Assembly: GCA_964016885.1 (NCBI GenBank)
Contig: CAXHJY010000966.1
Location: 1 to 55,238, forward strand
Source: Eledone cirrhosa
Taxonomy: Eukaryota
Length of the DNA: 55,238 nt
Reading direction: 5' to 3'
The notes beneath the pieces were generated by a model that saw nothing but the letters and a program-made list of their open reading frames with translations, did no database searches and was not told the DNA's origin. Positions 15,553-28,167 of the stretch are shown here, in pieces (position 1 is the stretch's first letter; every line of letters begins with the position of its first letter). The position numbers were made by a program, and so were the translations under genes.

Positions 15553-16954
15553 TATATATATATATGTATATATAAATTGAGAGTTACCAGTTTAGTAAGC
15601 CCACTGTTATCCATTCACCATTGAAACGGCAAGAGCTCAGCCGTTGAGCACTAACCCATTACAATAAATATACTACATATAGACATATATACTTAATCCT
15701 CACACAAGCAAATTAATTCCTGAGAGAGAGAAGACACATTATCCTTTAAAGTCAGTTTTAACCAAAATAGAAAGTTAATGGATACTAAGATTTGCTGAAC
15801 TTTAAAAACACTACAAATAAAACAATTTCACCTTCATCCTTTTAACAACTATTTTTCAATAATGTCAGGATTATATATATAGTGTTGGTCATCACAATAG
15901 ACTCTAAAATAGAATATTTTAACACAAACATTCTTGTGGCTAAGGAATAGAAAATATATTTTTAATCCTTTTGATACCAAACCACCTCTGTTCTACAATA
16001 CAAAACTATTGTTTTACAATCATCATTTTTACATCTGTTTTTCCACACTTGCATGGGTTGTACAGGTCCTTTTCAGCATAGCATCTCTCTGCATGTCACA
16101 ATCCTTCATTATCTCCACTGAGTTTCAGCGATTTGAGATCAGCTCTCATCAATATTGAGAGAGAGAGAGAGTCTGCAGTGTTGAGATCGAGGAGACCACT
16201 AATCATGAAAGAACTCAGTGCATAGGGAGATGCAGAGAGGATATAGAGGTAGGTAAAATCCCAACCACAACACAAAGCGGGTTTGACTTGTGTGTCACAC
16301 AAGCTGAAATCGCTTGGTGCCACAGACATGACTAGAGAGAGAGGGGGTGTGGGTGAGGAGGGGGGGGGGGGAGATTTTACTATAATTTGATATAAGTTAT
16401 GCTCCAAACACACCTAATAATGTGAATGTTTGTTATATTATTAAACCCATCCAAATTCTTAATTTCAAAATTATTTGAAACATATTGGTAGAGTATTTTA
16501 TTAAAAATATGGTAACAAAAGGGTTAACCAACATTTTCAAATAATCATGGTGTTGTAAGATATGGTGTTTATTCACTACAAAACTACGCCTACAAAAGTC
16601 TGATATGGCTAATTCCTTGACTGACTGTAAAAATAGTAAATTGGGGTAGGTGTGGCAAAAAACACAGAATCTACATTAACTGTTGTCAGGAGCAACCAAA
16701 GAAAGGTGAAGGGCAAAAGCTGTATATCTCAATACTGAGTTAAATCAACATGTTAACCCTTCCATTACCATATTTCTCATGAAAATCACTGCCCATGATT
16801 TTCAAATTATTTTTTAAATAATCAAGAATGTGAAGGGAAATAAACAAGGATTTTGGAACATAACCCTTTATTACCATATTTCTAATGGAAGGCCCTGATT
16901 TTCCAATAGTTTTGACAATAATCATGAATTGGGGGTGATTTAGAAATAACTTTC

Positions 16955-17125
16955 TGGTGATGGTGAAGATAATGCTGATGAAGGTGACAGTGATGATGGT
17001 GATGGCTAGTGGTTAGTGATGGTGGTGGTGGTGGTGATGATGACAGTGTTGGTGGTGTTTACAGAGATGGTGGTGATGCTGGTAGTGGTTACAATGATGG
17101 TAGTGGTAGTGGTTATGGTAATACT
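16955..17125. repeat. Degenerate (GGT/GAT)n low-complexity tract
   Basis: Triplet periodicity, embedded in a MITE copy. Confidence 0.8.
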
Positions 17126-17514
17126 GATTATAAACACTTTAAAAGTACAATTTTGTATTATAGGACTCCGGGTAGTTCCAGGCAGTTTGGTATCAAACAG
17201 GCTAAAGTAGACAATGTTATTTATATATTAATTTATAAAACAGTGTCTACAACAGAACAGGTAATATCTTTAGTTCTATCTCCAGCAGATAACATCTTAA
17301 CATCTCATAAGATATACACCTTGTTCAGCTTCTGCCCTCTTTTTTTTCTTTTTTCTTTCCTACAACAAACACACATTCCCTTCGTTGTGCTAAACAAAGC
17401 ACACTGTTAAATTATTTTGTAAAATTATACACAACTTCTAAATATATTCACATTTCAATACTACCACATTTTTCTTAGCTGCTTTTATTTTATTTATATC
17501 CATTACAAAAAATG

Positions 17515-17703
17515 ATTGTTTCTACTTTTAGCACAAAGCCAGCAATTACCCCAGTGCATTACTGCTGCTTTATTTTATCGACCCCGTCAAGATGAAAGCA
17601 AAAATTAACCTCGGTGGGATTTGAACTCGGAACGTAAAGAACCATAACTCTATGCTGCAAAACATGGTGTCTGATGTTCTACCGATACTGCCAATCCACC
17701 GTC
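17515..17703 (-). mobile_element. tRNA-derived SINE family A
   Basis: Reverse complement closely matches 14494-14709. Confidence 0.85.
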
Positions 17704-17723
17704 TATTACAAAATAATAATAAT

Positions 17724-19016
17724 GATGCTTTCTTTATTAACCACAAGGGTTTACACAAAGTGAGACATTAAGGACAGTACAGGATATTACAGGACGGTAC
17801 AAATGGGCATTTCTGCGTGTAAAAAAAAAACAAAGAAAAACAGGATGTAACAAAAAAAAGGAACAATGAAAAATTCCCCAATAGGGGGGAGACTTCCAAG
17901 GGCCATCGTGGAGAAAGCCCATTAAAAAAAGCCACAGTGACCCTGACCACCAGGGCAAGTGCCCTCTCCCAGTTTTCCACCTTTAATTTACAGGCACATA
18001 CTCAGAGTAGGCCCATTCACATGGGCCATTCTTGCCTCTCTCACCCATCTTTCAACAAAATGCTGGGAAGAGACCACTTCCCTCTCTACCCTGATTTTCC
18101 TTTTCAGATGAGATTTGAAAAAGTTAATCAGAGCATCACCGAAGAGGTAAGTGCTCGTCTTCAGCTCTTTCAGACGCGTTCACCATACTATCTCTTTTGC
18201 CATGGCCACCAGACAGATAAAAACTGCCTTCCCTTCCCGGCTAAAGGAAGAGCAATCCTCACGCTGGACTCAGCTAATAGCCGGATCCATTCTACATGTG
18301 GCAGCAAGTGTTCGACATAAACCCACAAGTCAGCAATGCTCGGACACTGGATGAGTGCGTGCAGGACGGTTTCGTCGCCCTGCGCGCATCTCGACATGCC
18401 CGACCAATGACATTTCCATGCCTGTAGAGTTTATCCCGAACTGGTAAAGCTCCTCGGTAGCACTGCCAGGCCAGGGATTTCTGGAAGTTGTCCATAGGCC
18501 CCGGCCCAAAAGTTCTTCCGAAGAGATTGGCTAGTTGATTTTCGTCAATGCCTAGAGTTTCCCCAAGTACATCGTCGCTCTTCCCCTCCACTAATCCTCT
18601 ATAGTAGTGCTTCTCAAACTATCTGATGTGGCAGACCGGCATTTTTATTTACAATGCCACGTACCGCTAATATTTCGTAGTAATATTAATTTATACCGGA
18701 AACAATATATATAATGAATATAATAAAAGTTGACCATCTTCTATTTATTTTGTAAACAAATAATACAATATCAAAACATATAAAAAAGTAATAAAAAAAT
18801 AAGCAGTTTATTAACACAAAAATAAAAATTATATAACCTTAATCTTTACTAGTGTGAAAGGCCGCATACCGGGAGCTGATGGCTCGCGTACCGGCACCGG
18901 TCCACGAACCACCACTTTGAGTAGCACTGCTCTAATGAACTCCAAAGTGGAGTTTCCACCGATCACATTGTCCAACTGGTCGAGGGCTGTGAGCGCCTGA
19001 AGACATTCCAATCTCC
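17724..19016 (-). mobile_element. Tx1/L1-clade LINE 3' fragment (zf-RVT region), interrupted by a hAT MITE
   Basis: FQKSLAWQCYRGALPVRDKLYRHG..C..C...ETVLHALIQC CCHC-type motif split by a frameshift; T-rich 3' UTR, AATAAA and (ATT)n tail. Confidence 0.88.
18605..18929. mobile_element. hAT (Charlie-like) MITE
   Basis: TIRs (t)agtgcttctcaaa / tttgagtagcactg; 8-bp TSD ctctatag (18597-18604) / ctctaatg (18930-18937); removing it restores the Tx1 reading TLEFYRGLVEG. Confidence 0.85.
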
Positions 19017-19034
19017 AATAATAATAATAATAAT

Positions 19035-19290
19035 AGGCAAAGGCATGGATGTGTGGTTAACAAGCTCACTTAACCATATGCCTTGGGTTTCAGTCCCATT
19101 GCACAGCACCTTCAACAAGTGTCTTCTACTATGGTCTTATTCTGACAAACACCATGTGGAAGCCTGTGTGTGTGTGTTTTTATATTTGTTGTTTGCTTAT
19201 GTCTTGTAACAGTGGTTCTACAAATAGAGATTGCTGAAATAAGTACCAGACTTTGGTGGGGGGTAAGTTCCAGGGCTGGTAGGATCGACT
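19035..19290 (+). mobile_element. tRNA-derived SINE family B
   Basis: ggcatggatgtgtggttaacaagctc...ttcagtcccattgcacagcaccttcaacaagtgtcttctactat; related degenerate copies near 8960-9085, 21555-21720 and 29604-29757. Confidence 0.75.
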
Positions 19291-19694
19291 AAATCCTTTC
19301 CATAATGTTCGATATAAACTGTAAGGTGGCAAATTGGTGAAGCTGTTAAAATATCAGAGCCCGCATCATATTTGCTCTGGCCATTTGTATCCCGAGTTTC
19401 AACTGTGCCTTGGTTGACTTTACCTTCCATCCTTTTGAGGTTGATAAAGTACCAGCATAATACTGGGGTTCAATGCTCCTTTTTATCTCCTTGTCGCTGT
19501 CTGTCACTCTCTTTCTGAAAGAGGTCAGTTGTGTTTGAACTTAGAAAGGGGATGCGCTCCACCAGAAATGAAATGCCCAAGACACACAATATATCATGAC
19601 GGTGCCTTCTTCCTTTCTGTTCTTTCAATTAAAAATATTTTATATCTATAGTGTGTGGGTGTGTAGAAGAGATTTGTAGTTTGAGGCATTGTAT

Positions 19695-19979
19695 AATGGT
19701 ATAAAGAATTCGAAGTTTGAAAACCACAAGGATTAATATCTCTTCTTCCGAGGAAAATAAAGGAACTATTCCAGTGTCCAATGTGGCTGGCTATACCATG
19801 CTGGCCAGAATAGTCCCTTTATTTTCCTCGGAAGAAGAGATATATAATCTCGAAATATCAGGACATATGAATAAATTAAGGTAAAAATCAAGCCCTGTTC
19901 TTATGATTTAATTATTCTACATCCAAACCTGCATTGTTCTGGCTTTCAAACTTCAAATTCTTTATATATATATACCATT
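19695..19979. repeat. Nested inverted repeats
   Basis: Inner arms 19736-19771 / 19808-19843 (36 bp, 1 mismatch); outer arms 19695-19726 / 19940-19979. Confidence 0.85.
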
Positions 19980-20147
19980 TATGTTAGGCTGTTTACCAAT
20001 GGTTAGAAGTGGTGGTTCGGGTTGATAAATGATGATGCAATAAATTAATTAAAGCACTCAACGTTATACAAATTATCCATCACAGATGTGGTATCCAGTG
20101 GCTGATGCAGGAATGGAGTAAAGTATTCATGAAAGCAACAACAGAAG

Positions 20148-20272
20148 AAGGCTTTTCATGGAACCAATCCCACTCTCTGAACATCGAATGCATTTTCCCA
20201 AAATGAAGAACGGGTCTACATCATTGAATGCAAAAGAAATCGTGGGTTTTATATCAGAGTGACCTTCTCCTA
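20148..20272 (-). mobile_element. Diverged fragment of the element at 53063-53666
   Basis: Shared blocks tcccactctct, gaagaac, acatcattg, ttatatcagagt and ccttctcct in the same order and similar spacing as 53307-53430. Confidence 0.7.
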
Positions 20273-21949
20273 AAGAGATGTCTTGATGAAGACTAGGAGT
20301 CTCTCGTTCAACAACACACACACACACGTGTGTGTGTGGTGAGGGAGAATGTAGATCGGCATGTATGTATGTATTGATGTATACACACCTATGTACTTAG
20401 AATGTGTGTGTGTGCATATATGTGTGTAAATGAAGTCATACAAATATGCACACATGAGGGTGTTTCTATGCAAACATATGGACATGTACATGGGTGTATG
20501 TGTCTACACTTACGTACTTGTAGTTGTGTATATTTCTTTTCACATATCTATGTGAAGGGATGGACATGCTCTTCTCTGATGCAACTATGTTGCACACATG
20601 TATGGGTGTATAAGTCTAAAAATATACAATCTTTGGCTTTAAAATTCAGCCATTCTAAATTAATAGTATAGCAGTGTTACAATAACTGATGTGACCCATG
20701 AATACCCATGCAACTCGTGTCAGCATGGAAAATAGACATGAATAGACTGATATTCACTCTAAAGTCAGGCCTCTGATTTGAGGATGTATTCCGACTTCCC
20801 GCCCACCAGCTTTGGAGACCCTGAAAAGGGTCATAGGCACTGCACACACCCCCCCCCCCCAGTCTTGGAGGTCCTGTAAAGGGTCATTGGCACTGCCTTT
20901 ACTTCCCTCACTTGCACCAGTAAAAAAGAAAAAAAATTCAGCAATGTCTCCCACACACTTCCTTCTATATATAAACACACTTCTCCACTGTCGTTTTAAA
21001 TGGACAACTAGGAAAATCAAAAAGCTTTCATTACTCAGTAACTTTACTTCACACAGACACTAGCATGACAATCCTTACACACATTAAGAAAATATACCTG
21101 AAAGACTACACCTTCCTCATTCGGGAACTACACCTTAATCAAAAACTTCAAAGATTTGTTCAAATGTTACACATCCTCCACAAGCTTTGCTGTCCCCAGA
21201 AGAAGGCACACAATACACCCCCCACCTCACAATCTCTCAGCTATTAAGAAGCATGCACACATTAATACACCCCACCCCGAGAAAATATACATCAACAACA
21301 CTGAAAGGCTAGATTTCCTCTTTATGACCACAAAATGACATTGAATAGTTGTTGTCTCTGCTATGTAGGTGTGACCCACCTTAGAGTACTGTCTATATAT
21401 TTGGGATAGTAGAGGATGTCTAACAGTCCACATACACAAAGGTGTTATATTACATACAAAATAGGTCACACTAGTGGTTAACAAAAACTCTCTCTCACAA
21501 ACATGTAAATACAAATCACCAACTGTGATTTGTACACTATCTTTTTACCAGTGGCCACAGGACATCTGAATGGTTAAGAAGTTTGCTTCACAATCAAAAG
21601 GTAACAGGTTCAATTCCACAGCAAGACATCTTAGAAAAGTGTTATTCATTTAACAGAGCTCGGAGTCAAATACAAGCCTTGTGAATGGAATTGGGTTGAT
21701 GAAAACTGTTTTAAAAGTCATTGAATGGACTTTACTAGTAATTCAAAGGGCCAGTCTTGTCACACATTGTCTTGCTGACTCTCCCTGAGAATTACGTTAG
21801 AGAGCACGTGTTTTGTGTGTAAATTTCCTGAGCAGGCTGTTTTATTGATCAACCACATGGAATATCTTTGAAACTGATGGAGGTTCTATCTTTCTACAAT
21901 TACTACAATGGTTCCTTAACTAGCAACAGCTGGACCACTGCTGCCAAAA

Positions 21950-22340
21950 CCTAACCAATTACCCTCAATCCCTCTAGCTGCCATCATCACTACATCCCAA
22001 CAATCCCCTCTCCACCCATACTAAACACTTCACCCACCAAATTATCCACCCACCCTCTTGTTGCTATCATCACTATAGTATCTGACCCTAACAACTTCCC
22101 CCAACCCCATACTAAACACTTCACTCACCCAATAAACCCCCACTTTTGTTATCACTATATCCCAACAAAACCTTCCTCTTGCTAAACACTTTACCCACCC
22201 AATAACCCCACCCCTCTTGCTGCCATCATCACTATATCCCCAAAACCCCTCTCCACCCATACTGAACATTTCATCTACCCAATAACCCAACCACCATTCT
22301 AGCTGCCATCATTATAGTACCTGACCTAACAACTACCACT
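21950..22340. repeat. Degenerate C/A-rich ~75-80-bp tandem repeat
   Basis: Recurring gctgccatcatcacta...cccatactaaacacttcacccacc units (4-5). Confidence 0.7.
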
Positions 22341-22870
22341 GTTCCCAACTCAACACTACATCCAATGCTTCTGAAACTCTTCAAAATATCAATTGACCTA
22401 CATGTATCAACTAAGTTTTTTTTCTTCTTTCTTTTTCAAGAATTCAAATAAATATTTAGCCAAAGGAGCTACATTGTCCTTTCAAGAAAAGGACCATGGA
22501 GAATGAATAGACATATCCATTTGTCCAAACCTCTGTCTACTACCAGCTTACCTTCGCCCTTTCTGGGTCACCTTTCCAAAAGCTTATATGAACAGTATAG
22601 TTTGCTCTAAAAAACTACTGCCCTTCCTAACAGCAACCACTTTACAGAGTATCACAGATGCTTTTATCGTGGCATCAGCACACCCATTTTACTGAGTGTA
22701 CTAGGTGCATTTTATTGTGGTACCAACATTACCACTTTACAGAGTGTACTAGGTGCATTTTATCCCAGTACCAGCACTACCTCTTTACAGGATGTTAAGA
22801 TTGATAATTTATAAATTACTAAACACTAAATTATTAACAGCCTCCACACCACCCTATCATCGGGTACAAA

Positions 22871-23300
22871 GTATTAACATTTTTTATACTAAATCACCTG
22901 AAACTGTTTCTGTATCTATGATATGCAACTATTTATTTCAAAAAATATATATTTATCTAAAAACATTCCATCATTTTTCTTCCTCCAAAAGGTTTTGTTG
23001 TTTCAAACACCAGCTTAATGGTAAAACAAATTACTAAATCCCATCAAATTCTGAAAAATCATAGGTAGTATCTTTCATTGGAAGGAAAGAGTTGATGGTA
23101 TAGGTAGTGTCTATTATTGGAAATATGATAATGAAAAGGTAGTCTTTCATTGGAAATATAAGGAAAGGGTTGATAACATAGGCAGTGTATGTCATCAGAA
23201 ATATGGTAACGAAAGGGTTAATGACATAGAAATATGGAAATGAAAGGGTAAATGACATAGGTAGTGTCTTTCATTAGATATATGGAAATGGAACGGTTAA
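22871..23300 (-). mobile_element. piggyBac-like MITE copy with a tandemly amplified terminal ~45-bp segment
   Basis: Repeated ataggtagtgtctttcatt(g/a)gaaatatgg..aagggtt units; same pattern at 25030-25165. Confidence 0.6.
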
Positions 23301-23699
23301 TATATAACTCGGCTGTTAAATGATGATGATAATGATAATTTTTTCCAACTGTTTTCCCTGCTAGCAAAAATTATTTATAAATTACTGGGCACTAAATTGT
23401 TAACCATCTATCATCTCAAAAGACAAGAAACCTACGAGATTAATATATACACAGACTCCTGTGTAGATAAGATATCAGATATGAAAAAAAAAAAACTACC
23501 AAGAATAATGTCACATTCAACTTCTTCCCAGAATTACAGAAATTTATTTGCATTTAACACAATTTTCCACTACCTATCTCCTCCTATGATGCTTCTCACA
23601 AAAACAGCAACAATAATAGCAGCAACAACTACCACTATAAATACAGTTTCCATATCTATAGTCAACATTTCTTGATCAAATTTCTTTCTTAGTAGCAAC

Positions 23700-24320
23700 A
23701 GTATGTGCCCTAGTGACAACGATATGCGCCCTAGTAACAACAGTACGCGACCTAATAACAGTACGCGACCTAATAACAGTACGCGACCTAATAACAGTAC
23801 GCGACCTAATAACAGTACGCAACCTAATAACAGTACGCAACCTAATAACAGTACGCAACCTAATAACAGTACGCGACCTAACAGTACGCGACCTAACAAC
23901 AGTACGCGACCTAACAACAGTACGCGACCTAACAACAGTACGCGACCTAACAACAGTACGCGACCTAACAGTACGCGACCTAATAACAGTACGCGACCTA
24001 ATAACAGTATGTGACCTAATAACACGCGACCTAACAGTATGCGACCTAATAACATCACGCGACCTAATAACAGCACGCGACCTAATAACAACAGTACGCG
24101 ACCTAATAACAGTACGCGACCTAATAACAGTACGCGACCTAATAACAACAGTACGCGACCTAATAACAACAGTACGCGACCTAATAACAGTACGCGACCT
24201 AATAACAACAGTACGCGACCTAATAACAACAGTACGCGACCTAATAACAACAGTACGCGGCCTAATAACAACAGTACGCGACCTAATAACAACAGTACGC
24301 GGCCTAATAACAACAGTACA
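23700..24320. repeat. 15/18/21-bp minisatellite (aataacagtacgcgacct)n
   Basis: Over 30 units with core cagtacgcgaccta and a variable number of aat/aac triplets. Confidence 0.95.
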
Positions 24321-24512
24321 GCATACATTCGAAATAACACTAATTGAAGCACAACACATTTTGATGAAATAAGAAAACAACCCAGTTGTCAGTTATCCAG
24401 ATTTAATCATATAAAAGTGATATATGAAATATTGGTTTAACCCTTTAATACTAAACTACTTGAAACTGCCTCTAGTTCTATAGTACAGCACTGCTTATTT
24501 AAAGGGCTTATA

Positions 24513-24710
24513 CAAGGGTCGGCTGAAAAATTCATAGGCTGACTAAGATACTCTCATGGAATGGCCAAATGAGGTTTATTTTCCAGCATACTCCCTGGAA
24601 GGAAACAATGCAGTTACAAATAAGAAGAGTTGAAATCAATGCTTGCAAGATTTCATAACTCTAGCATCACTCCTTCATAGTCAGCCTATGAACTTTTCAG
24701 CTGACCCCTG
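24513..24710. mobile_element. Tc1/mariner-type MITE with TA TSD
   Basis: ta-caagggtcggctgaaaaattcataggctgact ... agtcagcctatgaacttttcagctgacccctg-ta (~32-bp TIRs). Confidence 0.88.
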
Positions 24711-24785
24711 TACTTACCTAAAAATGTTCCAACATAATTTTATCTAACAACCTTTAAGTTATGTTCCGAACACTAGCTTAATAAT

Positions 24786-24950
24786 GATTTCTAATTTAGA
24801 CTAAGAATCTGTAGAGGGGGGGAAGTCGTCATTATAAAGGTACCTTATATCAACATCAGAAAGATGAAAAGCAAGGTTGACCATGATATTTGAACTCAGA
24901 ACATGAAGTGCCATTTTGTTTGATGCTCTAACGATTCTGCCAATCCACTG
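24786..24950 (-). mobile_element. tRNA-derived SINE family A with 14-bp TSD
   Basis: cagtggattggcagaatcgttagagc head, ctgagttcaaat B-box; TSD cac(t/c)agcttaataa at 24771 and 24951. Confidence 0.8.
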
Positions 24951-25499
24951 CACCAGCTTAATAACAAGAAAGTTTAATATATTTCTAAATTCCTCTAAAT
25001 TTTTATTTTCAAAATTACTTGAAAATCATAGGCAGTGTCTTTCAATAGAAACATGGTAAAGAAAAGGTTAGTGACATAGGCAGCGTCTTTCATTAGAAAT
25101 ATGGTAATGAAAGGGTTAGTGACATAGGCAGTGACTTCATTAAAAATATGGGAACGATAGATTAAATATTGGAAATATAAGAAGACTAAACATTTTTCTT
25201 TTATTTATTCTTATTTTTATCTATTTAGTTCAATCATGAAAACTCTGCAATTTCTTTACTTTGTAACAAAGTAAACCTAACCAATGAAATCGTTAAAGTC
25301 AATCTATAAATGTTCTCTTTTTTACTACTTTCATATTGATGCCATGATAAAATACACCCTCTACACTCTGTAAAGTAGTAGTGGTTGTGTCATGATAAAA
25401 TGTACCCAGTACACTGTAGTGTTGTTGTCACAATAAAATGTGCCTAGTACACTGTATCAATATAGGTTAAATTTTCCCTACAGTATATCAACTATTATT

Positions 25500-25735
25500 G
25501 GTTAAATTCCTTCTTCAACACATGACCCAACCATCTCATTCCTCTTCACAACATTCATCACTGGTTCTATTCCCCTCATCTTTATCAATTCATTGTTTTT
25601 CTCCTTTAATACTCCACTCATCCACCAGACCATACTCATATGTTGTTCCATGTTCAACACCCATGTTTCACTCCAATAAATCATAACACTACTCACACGT
25701 ACAACTTTCCTCTTCAATGCAATTTACAACTTTAG
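25500..25735 (-). mobile_element. Highly degenerate RTE RT C-terminal fragment
   Basis: VRVSSVMIYWSETW...MSMVWWMSGV resembles RTAMLHGSETW...MLRWMC. Confidence 0.6.
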
Positions 25736-26729
25736 CTGACTGCCTACATTGTTTTTGTGTCTTAATGATAGGGGAGCCAGTCCTATCATGAAATGAGACT
25801 TCTTGCTCAAGAACCTAAAGCACCAGGAATCAAACCTATGACCTTATGATGTTGAGTCCAACACCCTAACCACTCGGCCACTCACCTTCACATCCATGTA
25901 TATATGTAATAAATCTTCAACCAAACTACGCCTAAAGAATGGGCCGAAACAATGCACAATATACTAGAAATGTAATGCGAATCCAAGGGAGATAAGCTAG
26001 GTTCAGATAAGAAATATACACTTTCTGTGTGGAAAATTTAGCTGAGAGAGTAGTGGCAAAAATAATTTTATGTTTTTAACTAAAGCTTCAAAGATATGAG
26101 TGAACATAGAGTTATGTAAAAAAAAATGAGAGAAAGATTGGTTACACAAGTGTAAACAGGTCAAAGGAAAAGACAAACAACTTGGAATGAAATAGGATTG
26201 AGTAAAGGCTAAATGATAAAAGAATGTTTATGTGATGTCTGAAGCATCTACCTATCTGAACACACACACACACACACAATGCTTGCACACACACAAAGCA
26301 TATAATAGACAAACAACGCACATACACACACAATACATACACAATGCATGCATGCACACAATACATGCACACAATGCACACCCATATGTGCACACACACA
26401 ATGTTCAGAAACATCTTAAGTAGCAAACTGTGAAGTTTAGTTGTGGGTATGTAATGAAATGGACCTTAGTCAGTTTCCACGATGAGTGTTTCAGTTGTCT
26501 AATCAATGGACTAGCCTGCTTATGAAATCAAGGTGTCTGAGTATTCTACAAACACGTCTACCATTCCATGTAATTCTCAGGGAGATTCAACATGACACAA
26601 TGAGTGTTTCAGTTGTTTGATAAATAGACTTGTCTGCTCATGAAATTATAGTGTTAGGAACTGACACAATGTAATTCAAGGTAATTCTGAGGGAGATTCA
26701 GCATGACAAAGGCTAACCCTTTGAATTAC

Positions 26730-27400
26730 AGTACAGTATAGTATAGTATATGAATTACAGTATAGTATAGTATATTACAACACAGTACAGTATAGCACAA
26801 TATAGTATAGTATATGAATTACAGCACAGCACAATATAGTATAGTATATGAATTACAGCACAGCACAGTACAATAGAGCACAGCATAGTACAGCACAGTG
26901 GAACACAGCTTCGTACAGCACAGCACAGTACAGTAGAGCACTGCATAGTACAGCATAGTACAGCATAGCACAGTACAGTAGAGTACAGCATAGTACAGCA
27001 CAGTGGAACACAGCTTAGTACAGCACAGTACAGTAGAGCACTGCATAGTACAGCATAGTACAGCATAGCACAGTACAGTAGAGCACAGCATAGTACAGCA
27101 CAGTGGAACACAGCTTAGTACAGCACAGCACAGTACAGTAGAGCACTGCATAGTACAGCATAGCACAGTACAGTAGAGCACAGCATAGTACAGCACAGTG
27201 GAACACAGCTTAGTACAGCACAGCACAGTACAGTAGAGCACTGCATAGTACAGCATAGCACAGTACAGTAGAGCACAGCATAGTACAGCACAGTGGAACA
27301 CAGCTTAGTACAGCACAGCGCAGTACAGTAGAGCACTGCATAGTACAGCATAGTACAGCATAGCACAGTACAGTACAGCATAACACTAGTGCACAGCACA
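26730..27400. repeat. Pentanucleotide-based (YAGYA) satellite with a 95-105-bp higher-order repeat
   Basis: cagta/cagca/tagta/tagca monomers; marker gtggaacacagctt at 26898, 27003, 27103, 27198 and 27293. Confidence 0.93.
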
Positions 27401-27529
27401 ACACAGCTATTCATCAATAATACTCAGATATATTTTACAAGCCCTACACACAATAACAACCGCAATCAATAATAGCTATTGTATGCCTTGTTAATTAGCT
27501 GTTTGTGTCAGTCTGTTTTTTTACATCTA

Positions 27530-27776
27530 TGTCAACAGGACCTTGTGTTGCTATTGAATACTGGTTGAGCAAAACGAATATGAGCAAATGGGGGGCCCAC
27601 GTGCTGGCCACCCCGCGGCCTCGGCAGATAGAATTGTGTTTCCCTGGAGGATGGTGAGGGAGACACGCTGGAAGAGCCATTCCAGCTCACAAGGCTCACA
27701 CCTGCGGGTAGCCAACTCTGTGCCAATGGTGGTGAGTAGAGAGGTGGTCTTAGAGCCAAGGACAACTTGTTCTGGT
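27530..27776 (-). mobile_element. CRE-like (restriction-like endonuclease) non-LTR retrotransposon 3' fragment
   Basis: LG..T..LL..IG.EL..R..EP.E.EWLFQRVSLTILQGN resembles the QR(L/I)S.A(I/L).RGN C-terminal signature of CRE-clade ORFs. Confidence 0.7.
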
Positions 27777-28167
27777 ATATAACTCCTCATCCTCACCCTT
27801 ACTATCCTCATCAATAATTTGTAATAATAACTTAGTGAAAGAATGTCTTTCCTAATACCAACCACTTTACAGTGTACAATGAGTGCTTTTGTCAAGCATC
27901 CAGTACATGCTGTAGAGTGGTTTGTGTTAGGAAGGGCATCCAGTCATAGAAAGCTTACCGTTGAAGATGTTGAGAATACCCTTCAGTTTCTATCAAAAGA
28001 CATAACTTCTGTGCATTTGATAGAATGTATGATCATATGCAAGTTAAGTGCAGACACCCCAGCTTGTCTAGGAGGACAGTAGCCATGCTTCAGTACTTGC
28101 TTGGTCTGTATAGACCCGTCCAGCCCTTGGTAGTAGAGAAAGCGGACGTTAAACAATGATGATGAAA

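Larger units (their letters stand above)
24437..25070 (-). mobile_element. piggyBac-like MITE hosting two nested insertions
   Basis: ttaaccctttaatac start and aaaggtta end; flanks homologous to 28168-28407. Confidence 0.65.

Noticed and set aside
21030-21480. Possible old LINE coding remnant
   Set aside because: No diagnostic motif recognisable in any frame
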